Of a DNA stretch of 64,000 nucleotides, positions 47,344-57,675 are shown piece after piece (position 1 is the stretch's first letter; each line of letters begins with the position of its first letter). Position numbers and translations under genes: made by a program. The notes below the pieces were generated by a model that saw only the letters and a list, made by a program, of their open reading frames with translations, made no database searches and was not told the DNA's origin. Source of the DNA: Marsupella aquatica (Eukaryota; Plantae; Marchantiophyta); the NCBI GenBank assembly GCA_973895155.1, contig OZ316893.1:18135836-18199835 (forward strand), given 5' to 3'.

Positions 47344-50300
47344 ATAGGCGTACGGACGTGGGTGTACGGCCTCCAGATTTCCAACATTTTAGTGGGGGGT
47401 CACTCATGGGCTTGTTGGGATGAGCTCGCGGAGCTGATTCCAACAAGAGGCGGCGCTCCTCAAACGGAGCCAGGATGAGCAAGTTATGGCCTGGAGAACT
47501 TATGTTTTTGCGGTACGGAAACGGCCATAACTCAGGCGTCTGAAGTCCGTTGAGGGAGCGACTTAGTGATTCGGAAGCAGGAAAAGAAGAGCTATCCAGG
47601 GGTGAGCTCAGGTGTGCACTTGGAAGGGCACCTAGTTTCGGCCATTTTGGGGTGCCTCTCACTTTCAGGGTTCACGTGTACTGTTGGGGTGCCGTCGAAG
47701 GCACCGTCGGCCCCCTTGTTTTGGGTTTAGGGTTTTAGCAGCATGTGTGTGCCGCATGCTCCTCTTCAGTTTAAGGATTTCTCTTAGTGCAAGGTTTTAG
47801 CGGCGCCGCTAGGGTAGCCGCCACCGTTGTGACCCTGTGAGGGGTGCTTTGGTGTGATTTTTCAGTATTTAGGGGGATAGCCCCGAAGTAGTTAGGGGGA
47901 CTCAGTGTGAAGTTAGCAAGGAGGGATAGAGTGGAGCCTGAGGAGTTTGAAAGCGTGTTCAGAGTAGTGAGGGGGAGCCATACTCATTGTCCGGAGAGGC
48001 AGGAGTTGAGTAGACGGCAGGAGGCCGGGTTACTCATGCAATGTGTATCGTTTTTCCCAAGAGATATGGATCTGTACATTTGACTTGATGGGCTTTTGTT
48101 GTGTGTTCCTTCTCCCTTTTTCGCTTTCCGAATTGTGTTCTCCCGTTCTATGATTTGAAGAAACTTGCTTGGTTTGAGTCGGCCTTGTGAGTAGGGGTGG
48201 TGACAGCACTCTTTGGGTGACTCCGAGTGAAGGTGTAGTGGGGTAGTCGGCAGGACTTGATCAAAAGCTGTGGGGTGAGGGTAGTCGGTAGACTTGATCA
48301 AAACCTACATTTCCGGGAGCGGAAACCAAAATACTCATCCTGGTGTGAAAAGAATCCAAATAGCGTCCCTCCACGACCCCGTAATACGATACCAACGGTT
48401 TAAGCGAAGAAAAGTGCGGTTTGCACGTATTAACCGTTGGAGAGGCAAGTGACATCAATCCACTTGGAGAAGTGCTCCACCATGACCAAAACATACCGAT
48501 TATGACATTGGGTAAGAGGTAATGGACCAGCAAAATCCAAACTCCAATGATATCCCAAACCCATGATCGGCAACGGGTGCAACTGGGGAGTGGGAGCATT
48601 AAATGATGCTCTCACTCTATCACATACCACACACTTAGCTATCAACTGCTGGACATGAGTGTGTATACCACGCCACCAATATTGTGTCTGCAGCAAGCTG
48701 AAAGTGCGCTTTACACCAAAGTGACCCAACTCCTCGTGCGCATGTCGCACCAAATGTACTCTCTATGATGGTTTTGGGACCACCAACACTCTACCATCAT
48801 GCAGTACTCTCAAAATATGGTTTTCCTCCCATCGAAACCTCTTGGCTCTCTGTAGAACCCTGTCACGTTCCTTGCCATCAACACTGCCAACAATAGAACC
48901 ACTGCGCAGATATTCCAACACTCTCACATCATTGTGAATATCTTGCTGTCCAGTAGTTACCTCACTAACATCCACATCTGAAGACTCATCATCCACTCCA
49001 TCTAATGAGGTAGAGTCCACAGATCCACTGTATGCTGGCACCCAACAAAGAAAGGCAGATGCATGCCATCCTGGCACCATCTCCTTATCTGACTCATCAT
49101 GCCATCTGGCTCCAGTCTCATCTTGCTGACTGGTACATGGATTGCGGCTTAATCCATCTGCATCCAAGTTCACTTTTCCAGGCCTATGCACCACCTGAAA
49201 ATCATACTCCTGTAACAACAATGCCCATCGTGCAAGCTTCCCTGTAAGCTTGTCAGACTCCATTAACCACTTAAGAGGCTGATGATCAGTGATCAAGGTG
49301 AAGGGGTTACCAAACAAGTAGCAACAAAAGTGTGCAACAGCCCACACTGCTGCCAAACACTCTCCCTCATAAGAGCTATACTTAGCCTCTGTTGAATTGT
49401 TTGATCTACTGGCATAAGCCACAACAAACTCATTCCCCTCATCATCCTTCTGAGTCAGCACTGCTCCAAGTCCTACTCCACTCCAATCAGTGTGTAGCTG
49501 AAATGGTCTGCCTGAAATGGGTCTTCTCAAAATAGGGGATGATGCCAACCTTTGCTTCAACTCCTGAAAGGCATGCTCCTGGTCATCACCCCAAATCCAT
49601 TCCTGATCCAACTTAGTGAGTATGGTCAAAGGTTTAGCAAGCTGGCTAAATCCTTTAACATACCTCCTGTAGTAGCTCGCCAATCCCAAGAATGCACAAA
49701 CTCTACTCACATCAGTAGGACAAGGAATCTGTGTAATGGCCTCCACTTTAGTCTGCTGTACACCCAATCCCCCTGGGTATATAGTGTGGCCCAAATACTC
49801 AATCTGGTCTTGGAAGAACTTACACTTGCCATGATGGAGCTTCAACCCATGTGCTCTCAATCTCTCCAACACAATCTGCAAGTGCTGTTGATGTTCTTCC
49901 ACAATAGAAGAATAGACCAAAATATCATGAATATAACATCTGACAAAATCCAAACCTGCAAGGATTCGATCCATGACTCTCTGGAACTCAGCTGGTGCAT
50001 TCTTCAACCCAAATGGTAAGAATAACCACTGATACAAACGATCTTTGCCATAAGAATCAATCCCCCAGAATGCTGTCTTGGACCTGTCAGCATGCCTAAT
50101 TGGAAGCTGATGGTACCCTGCCCTCAGATCCAATGAACTGAAAACCTTTGCATGCCCCATAGCATCAAAGATCTCCTCAGGTGTGGGCATGGCATATCGA
50201 TCAGATTTTGTCTGGCGATTAATAGGTCTGTAATCACCACACATGCGCCTATCTGTGTAATTGCCATGCACATCCTTCTTGGCTGGCATCACTATGGCAG

Positions 50301-50619
50301 ATGCATACTCCCCATATGAAATCTCCACCAATCCAGCCTCCAACAAATCTTGAGTTCTGCTTTGAATCAGAGCTCTCTCCATGTCACTATAACGGTATGG
50401 TCTATGAAAGATTGGCGCATCACTAGCCAATTCAATCTGAATACCAGGGCCCTTTAGTGTCCCCAAATCCTTCATGCTGAATGCAAAACAATTCCAATAA
50501 CTCTTCAGGAATCGATGCATGCGACGTCTCTCCTCCCCTGTTAACTTAGGGCCAAGCTGTGGTTCCCAACTCTCCACCAAATCCCTAATATCTCTTTGTA
50601 GGGTAGAAGAGATAGCCGA

Positions 50620-50628
50620 TGATTGCTA
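50620..50628 (-). promoter_or_regulatory. Putative stop-codon readthrough signal TAG-CAA-TCA
   Basis: Stop at 50626-50628. The RT ORF at 50580 is 45 nt downstream in the same frame. Same sequence as in copy A. Confidence 0.7.
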
Positions 50629-52236
50629 TTTAGCAGTAGATTGAGCAGTCCCTTCCTGCTCAACAATCTGTCCAGCCTTGGCCAATCCTGCCATAGGTCC
50701 ATGGACTGTCTGCTCGCCCCCAACTGTGGTCAATACTGTCTCAGTGGACCGCAAGCTCACCAAGGGACAATCAGTAATTCCAGCAGAGCGCATCCGCAAT
50801 TGTTCGGCTACTCCCAAGCTGATAATCCAAGTCAAACAATTCAGGTCCATTGCTTGAGCAAGAACCTGGCGCCGCAAACCCTTTGACACAGAGGCAACTG
50901 CAGTGGTGCCAGTCAAAAATCCCATAGCACGCTCTCTCTCATCAGCAATAGGCTCCACTAACTGCTGGAGAGTTGTGTCCCACACAAGTCCAGGGCCACC
51001 TCCTCTGAATGCATATGAAGTAGAGTGGCTGACAAGAGTGGGTAATGCACAACGTGGGCGCCCAACTGCATTGACCACTGCCAATGGAGGTCTATCAGGT
51101 TGGGTCACACCCTGTGCACGACGCCCTGGATCCAAAATATCATCCACCACTAAGGTTGGTGAGCGTGGAATATTGTCAAATGCGTGCTTCAGCACCTCAC
51201 ATGGGATCAAATTGGTCCACCACAAGCGTGGACGATGTGCACAAGAACCCACACATGCGGCATCCAATAACACAGCAGGTCCAATCCAAGACCTCACCTG
51301 GTGAACACTGGCAACAATCCGACTACGATCATCACCTAACAATGGCACATTCTCCAAAATGTATGCTGGAGACTGTGTCTGATGTAGCTGGAGATGACGC
51401 AGCACCCGTAATATCTCCCAAAACAGTGCAGAGCGTGGATCATGAAGTCCATGCCCAACGCCAGCTCTAGATTGGCCCTGACATGGCCAACCAGCAATCA
51501 CCAAATCAATGGGGCCAACATGATGCAGATGATCCACCCCCAGCAATGAAATATCAGTAGGTAGTGCATGCTGATAACCACGAATAGCATCCATTGGCAG
51601 CAATTGTGGATATCTATCCACCAACATAGCCACATGCCGCAATGAGACCCTCCGTGCTGTCTCATCTGTCTCCACATACAAATAACGACGCACATGAATT
51701 CCTGCCTGAAGAACAGCAGCCAATCCAATGCTAATCCCACCAAAAAGATCCAACAAACAAATACCCTCCGGTGGATATTGCCAAGCAATAGGAGTGGTAT
51801 CCAATGGTGAAAGAGTCACAGGTCCATCTGCAAGAGACTGCTCTGCTCCTGACTGTGGTGTAAAAGTATGACGCCATGCATCATGTACCAATCGTGCTGC
51901 TGCCTGTGGCAAGGCCTGTGCAGTGCCCCACACTGGTACAACACTGCCAACAGGTAATCCTCGCATGATGTGCTCCTCATAAGACTCCTCCAATGGTGGA
52001 ACATCGGCTGCATGTGCATTACCCTCAATCAAATCATCGGGTCCAGCAATTACACCACTGAATGCTGCCAAAGACAATGGTGTGGATTTAGGGCCTCCCA
52101 CAGGTCCACTAAATCTCACTGGCAATTTTCTCAATCGAGCATCTCCTGACTGCCAATCAGATCTATATGACACTGATTCCTCCCAAAAATCAAGAATAAA
52201 TCCCATGGGGTAGAGCACTGTACATCCCACCAACAC
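50626..52236 (-). CDS. DNMT3-like DNA (cytosine-5) methyltransferase domain of the retrotransposon polyprotein (domain ~50815-51770, uninterrupted)
   Basis: Motifs LLDLFGGISIG (I), YLYVETDE (II), GPIDLVIAGWPCQ (IV, catalytic Cys), YILENV (VI), AHRPRLWWTNL (VIII), ERERAMGF (IX) and RRQVLAQAM (X), in non-permuted order. Confidence 0.9.
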   Translation of the reverse strand: MLVGCTVLYPMGFILDFWEESVSYRSDWQSGDARLRKLPVRFSGPVGGPKSTPLSLAAFSGVIAGPDDLIEGNAHAADVPPLEESYEEHIMRGLPVGSVVPVWGTAQALPQAAARLVHDAWRHTFTPQSGAEQSLADGPVTLSPLDTTPIAWQYPPEGICLLDLFGGISIGLAAVLQAGIHVRRYLYVETDETARRVSLRHVAMLVDRYPQLLPMDAIRGYQHALPTDISLLGVDHLHHVGPIDLVIAGWPCQGQSRAGVGHGLHDPRSALFWEILRVLRHLQLHQTQSPAYILENVPLLGDDRSRIVASVHQVRSWIGPAVLLDAACVGSCAHRPRLWWTNLIPCEVLKHAFDNIPRSPTLVVDDILDPGRRAQGVTQPDRPPLAVVNAVGRPRCALPTLVSHSTSYAFRGGGPGLVWDTTLQQLVEPIADERERAMGFLTGTTAVASVSKGLRRQVLAQAMDLNCLTWIISLGVAEQLRMRSAGITDCPLVSLRSTETVLTTVGGEQTVHGPMAGLAKAGQIVEQEGTAQSTAK

Positions 52237-52256
52237 ATCATATGACTCTGCCTTAG

Positions 52257-54615
52257 TCAGAATAGCTCGCGCCTGTATCTGTGAGCTATCTGTGGTATGA
52301 CTTCCTGAATCCTCAAATCAAGTGATCTCCTGGTGATATGCTGTGTAGGTGTAGGTCCCCCCAATGAAGTCTGAATGGGAAAGGGACAATCGTCCAAATC
52401 CTCTGGACGCAATCCCAATCCACGTATGGCAGACTTCCCCAACATCAAGGGCTGAGCACCAGTATCTAGTAACACTCTCTCTGGCTGGTATACTGCTCCA
52501 GAAGGCCCAACTAATCGGAAGATACCACTCCGATTATCCAATGACACAACACTAGGTTTAAACCTAGTCCTCTCAAATGCAGGGCGTGCTGGTAAATCCA
52601 CCAACCTCACTACTGCTGCATGCCATGTCTCACTAGTAGCAGTAGGTGGTATGGTCTTCACTGCTTCAACACTGCAAGTTGCTTCTGCATGGGAAGCAAC
52701 AACTGGAGTGTCCTCACAGAGTGTAGCTGCCAATCTGAACACTTCTGCAAGACCAACTCCCAAGTTCAGCATGTCTGTCGTTGAAAATAATGGGGTGCGT
52801 ACTATGGCAGTAGCCACCCCCCAGCAGAGTACCTGTCATCCCTACTATATCACTCTCGGATTCTACCAACTTACCCATGCCAGGGTTTGTCCGAACCAGG
52901 TTCATAGAGGTAGTCTGAATTGTCTCTGACAATGTAAAAGACTGAGGAAGCTTCGTCTGTCGACGTGCATCCCCCCTCTGTGGATCTAGCTCCACTAGTG
53001 CTCCTCGGGGCTCAAGAGCTTTGGCTGCCCCACGTGTCAAAGTTGTTGATGCATCAATATGTGCAGTGCCACACATGAATCCCATGGTGGCAAGATCTTC
53101 ATCAGCTCCATAAGATGTGGAAGGATCATGGGATGTGGAAGGTCCATAGGATGTAGATGCCCCATCACCAGAAGTAGGTCTCACCTGGGAACTAGCCATG
53201 GCAGCTAGCTGTTGCTCCAATTGAGCAATCTTAGCATCCTTTGGATCTATGGTTACAGCAGGGGCAGCGTCACCTCCCTGTCTCCCTGCATGTGGCATGC
53301 CATGACCACGTCCACCACCTCTACCTCCTCCTCCTCTTCCCTGATCATGTGTATGGGATCCTCCCCTCCATAACTCAGGGTGGAGTGAGAAACACCTATC
53401 CTTGGTGTGTCCAGGAGCTCCACAATGATCACACTGTCGCTGATCAGGTGCTGATGCTCCCCCTGATCCTCTATAATCTGGGCAATATCTCTGTGCATGA
53501 TCCCCACCACAGGTCCAACATCCTGACTGTTGTCCAGCATAAGAGGGCACAGGTCTCTGGCTGGTAGACTCTCGTGCAATAGGCTTCTCCCTCTGGCTCT
53601 TCCGTGCAGTAGGCTGTGGTGTAGATGTAGATGCAGCCTTTGGTGCTTCCTTGGCAAATCTGGAAGTCACCACCTTCTCATTCACCATATTGAGCTCAAT
53701 ACGCTCAGAAAGGGTGAAAACAACTACTAATGTGGGATCTGCATCCCTAAGCAGAGTGACATCTCTCACTCTGCGTCGCAATTCTCTGTCCAGAATTGCA
53801 TACCAAAACTGGATTGCTTGAGCCTCTGTCACTCCCTTGGTGATAGTGATGAATCTGCACATACGAGTGTATGCCTCACGTAGACTCTCTCCAGTCTTGC
53901 GCTGGAACTCCTGAAGACCCTTCAACTTATCAGTTCTTACACCCTGATAGTTCTGCTTTAGTACCTCAAAGAATTCCACCACAGGATTAAATGTTGGCGC
54001 AACTCCAATTCCTGTCATAATCACACCGGCAGGAGTAGCGGTGGATGCTGCTGGAGTGCTGCTGGTGGATGGTGTGCCACTCTGGCTAGTGTTGCTAGAA
54101 GAAGCAGCAGCTGTGCCAATGGGTTGGGCAGCCGCACTAGTGCCATAGGTGATGGACACGTAATTAGGCGACCAATGCTGCCTCCATGCCTCAATCTCAA
54201 TCAAATGAGCCTTCCAAAACTCATGGTAGTCATCCATGGGTGGCCCCTCCAAATACTGAAATAATCCCTTCCATGCCATGAAAGGGGTAAACAATGTGGC
54301 GTTACGCAATGTCTGCATATCGCACGACGTATCAAACTCCTGGATGAAGTCATCCAGATCAATCGTGCCAACTGCACCAGAGTATCATCGTGGGCCCTTT
54401 GTAGCCCCGTACATCTCATCCATATCCCACAACAAAGGTGCAACCACCTGATGATGAGGAGAACTGGTCACTGAGTCCTCATCAGAATCACTGTCTGAAG
54501 CTGCACTGCTGACTGCTACCAATGCCGCTGGCCGAAACTGCGCCCCACTCCGAGTGAAACCGGTCCGTCGTCCATCGGGTAACCCAGCAGCACCAGAAGA
54601 ATCCGTGGTGACCAA
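52257..54615 (-). pseudogene. gag: gag-protease of copy B
   Basis: Zinc knuckles CWTCGGDHAQRYC and CDHCGAPGHTKDRC, an RGG tract and protease LLDTGAQP. One TGA (54385-54387) and two 1-nt indels relative to copy A. True start not determined. Confidence 0.85.
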
Positions 54616-55186
54616 CCCTAACCTAATCTATGTGCTAACCCTAAGGGCAATCTGTCCCTATCAGCACCACAAGCACTCACCATGGTGTGTTGGACATCAC
54701 TCCAACATCACCAGGAGAGAAATACAAAGCACACTAGAATGTCTGGTTGCAAACCCAGATCACTCCTATGGAATCAAGCGCCCATACCGAACCAACATGG
54801 CGCATAAACAAGAAACAAGTGTGGAGAGGATCCAATCAACAAGAATAGTCAAACACTAACTCTCCACACCAAGAGTGATCACACGTTGATCAAACAAATA
54901 TTCATAATGTTCAATGAAAGGCCTTCATAATATTCATGATGTCCCAATGTTATAGATGATAAACCATGCAAAATTGGTTCAATCTGTGTATTTAGATGAA
55001 TTCAGAGCTATCAAAAACCTCTAAAGAGCCTCTGATTTGGCCCGAAACAAGACTCTAAGCAAACCGGAAAGTGTATAAAGCCCCCTGGCGTTTGAATCTA
55101 AACAACAAGTTGTGAAAACTTGTGTGTACACAAGGTGGGATGAGAACTTGCTAGTTAAGCGCTTGCGGCTGGGAATAGCCCCGGGA

Positions 55187-55543
55187 TGGGTGACCTCCTC
55201 GCGCTCGACCTCATGCTTCCCCTCGCGCTCACGACCTCGAATAGCCCCGGGATGGGTGACCTCGACCTCGCGCCGGCTTGCGCTTGCGATGGGTGACTTC
55301 GTGCTCGCGGTTGGGAGCACTTTCGGGATGGATGACCTCACGCGTCGCCTTATGCGTGCACAGTTGGGTGACCTCCTCGTGCTCGACCTCCTGCTTCCCC
55401 TCGCGCTCACGACCTCGAATAGCCCCGGGATGGGTGACCTCAACCTCGCGCGGGCTTGCGCTTGCGATGGGTGACTTTGCGCTCGCGGTTGGGAGCACTT
55501 TCGGGATGGGTGACCTCACGAGTCGCCTTATGCGCGCATAGTT
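55187..55543. repeat. CpG-rich ~178-bp x2 tandem repeat with internal GATGGGTGACCTC subrepeats in the 5' leader of copy B
   Basis: Units start at 55187 and 55365; a partial subrepeat lies at ~55170. Confidence 0.85.
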
Positions 55544-56050
55544 GTGTGTGTACACAAAACAGAAGTCGTCGGGCTCAGAAATGGCAACATTTGCCACTCG
55601 AAAACAGTGATTTCCTTCACAAAAACGGCAACGTCGATGGCTCTCGACCTCTGCAAACCTGTTGCGCACGGTTCTGGGACATTTCGCGAGCGTCCCTTGA
55701 CAATAAAACACTGCGAGCACTCAAAATTCCAATAGATCTGTCCACAAAACAGTAGTGCGATACAAGCAGCAACCTTCGGCCATCTCTTTCCAGATCCAGA
55801 TCTAGACTCCGACTCAATCCAGATCCAGATCTAGCCTAGATCCAGATCCAACAATGTTCAAGCTTGGCCAGAACCAGATCGAATAGCAACAGAGTACTCA
55901 AACAATAGAACCAACGATTCAAGAAACATGAATCCGCGTCAAACACAAATCCAATTGATTCGAGCTACCACGAACCGTCACCGTCAACAACAAACTCAGA
56001 CTGAGCTTCTGTCCGCACAACAGAGTTTGAAGCTCATGATCTTTCAATGT

Positions 56051-56377
56051 AATCTCCATACAATCGGCACAACGATCCCGGTCAACAATACCCCATCGAT
56101 CCCGCACCGATCCGATCACACACGTATGTCAAGCCAACGCACCTTGCACTACTCAAGGAATCCACGTTACACAAGCGGAGCTCACAGCCACCATAGCCAC
56201 TCAAGCTCCTCTCTCTCCAAGGCTCAACATTGAAAGATGACCTTTCAATGCCTCACAAGTGAGAAGTACCCTCTCACACAAACTTGACGGAACCTTATCG
56301 GCTCCAATAGCACTCATACCAAACATACATACTCTAATAGCACGATATACTACTACACTACTCAGAATGGTGTGACA
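56051..56377 (-). repeat. 5' terminal repeat A1 (327 bp) of copy B
   Basis: Near-identical to 42715-43041 (I see about 2 substitutions). Not adjoined by repeat B or a recognisable PBS. Confidence 0.9.
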
Positions 56378-57675
56378 CACTTGACAAAAAACATCCAAAA
56401 TGAGAGTGCACATCTGAAACAAGTATGACCATCAATTAGGAAAAATCAAAACTTTTTTAGCAAGCTTGCTAGCATAATCAAAAGGGTCTAGGCAATAAAT
56501 GGAACAAGCTCACATAATAATATTAAGAAAATGGTATGTTAGTGACATTGCTAGCATAACCATCTCCAAAAATTCAAAGAATAGGAGGATGGATGTACCT
56601 CAATATCCTTATCGGCTCTCCATACAGGAGTGGACAACAAAACCGTATATAATATTGACCGTGTTTGAATTTGTGTTTTTGTTTAATGACGGAAAATTTC
56701 TGCTTCATGTGATTGAAGTCAAACTATGAAGCACAACAACATATCCGTTGTCTGCAAGTCATTATAACTCCAAACAAATAATAGGAGAGTTTCTCGCTCC
56801 AAACATTCCATGCGGGGACCTCACTGTAAGTGACGTGTGTTATGTGCCCTGTTGGAAGATAAATGAATCCCAAATGTGCTCCAATCCCCAAATATAGCTT
56901 TCCATTAATGAGGACATGGTTTGGGCATTCCACACTCTTCAAAATTCCAGCAAGCTATCGATCTCCATCTCCCATCCACGATGCCCTTACTTTCTTTTGG
57001 CTGATTGAGTTTGCAATGTTGGTCAAATTGCTGCGAGCAAGGAAATGTCTCTACCCATCCATCTTCAACCCACACATCTGAGCAACCCCTTGAGCAACTG
57101 AAAATTCTTCATTGTCCAAATTTGACAAAATCTGGACATTGCATTTTTGTTTCAAACGCTTTATACTTCCTGAATCTGTTGCGATCTTTGTTGTAACTTC
57201 TATAGCTAGGGACTCTTCAAACTCTCAAAAGCTGCAACCCTTCCTTTTCTCTATGGAAAAAGAGACATTAGTACTTGCATATTGAACAAAGGAATGGACT
57301 TCAAAACAAAATGTTAGAAAAGATTGACACACTTACTTGGCTTGCTCGACAATTGAGATCCATCTTTTGATGTGTCCTTGATTGGATCTTTCTGTGGTTT
57401 TGGAGCTTGACACCTAACCACTAATGCAGCTATGTCAAGCATAGACAACAATCACAATGACAAGCCCATGAAACATCCAACGCACAAGTAGTCAATACAA
57501 AGAGATACGTAGTTCACCTAAACTTTGAGGCTACGTCCAAGGGAACACATGAGAGCTTTATTGCACTCTAGGTGCGTTGACCATACCAAGTGTTTGCAAT
57601 ACAAGATCTCCCTATCTCTCAATTGGTTCCGTAACAATGAGCTTGAGTTCCTACTATCCAAGAAAACTTACACCA

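Larger units (their letters stand above)
44314..48454 (+). mobile_element. Probable solo LTR, giant-LTR family 3 (4141 bp)
   Basis: TGTGAC...GTGACA with a perfect 5-bp TSD TCAAT (44309-44313 / 48455-48459) inside the integrase gene. No internal LTR pair and no transposase. Strand is that of its ORF. Confidence 0.8.
43354..50580 (-). pseudogene. pol: pol (RT-RNaseH-integrase-PHD) of copy B, interrupted by 44314-48454
   Basis: 605-aa RT-RH ORF (YIDD mutated to YIHD), integrase zinc finger and DDE core, and PHD CMLC...LICDKCSRGWHMSCL.PPL..IPSGSWLCPQC. Confidence 0.9.
42576..56377 (-). mobile_element. Full-length Ty3/gypsy retrotransposon with DNMT3-like MTase, PHD and split direct repeats, copy B (~9.66 kb net of the nested insertion)
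   Basis: Sense ends TGTCACACC...CGCACGACA; 4-bp TSD CACT (42572-42575 / 56378-56381). Domain order gag-PR-MTase-RT-RH-INT-PHD. Confidence 0.9.

Noticed and set aside
55021-55755. Overlapping 120-160 aa ORFs in the leader
   Set aside because: Artefact of GC-rich tandem repeats lacking stops.
42576-56377. Classification as a DIRS/PAT/Ngaro element because of split repeats and a methyltransferase
   Set aside because: Encodes an aspartic protease and DDE integrase with a TSD; no tyrosine recombinase seen; the MTase is C5-type.
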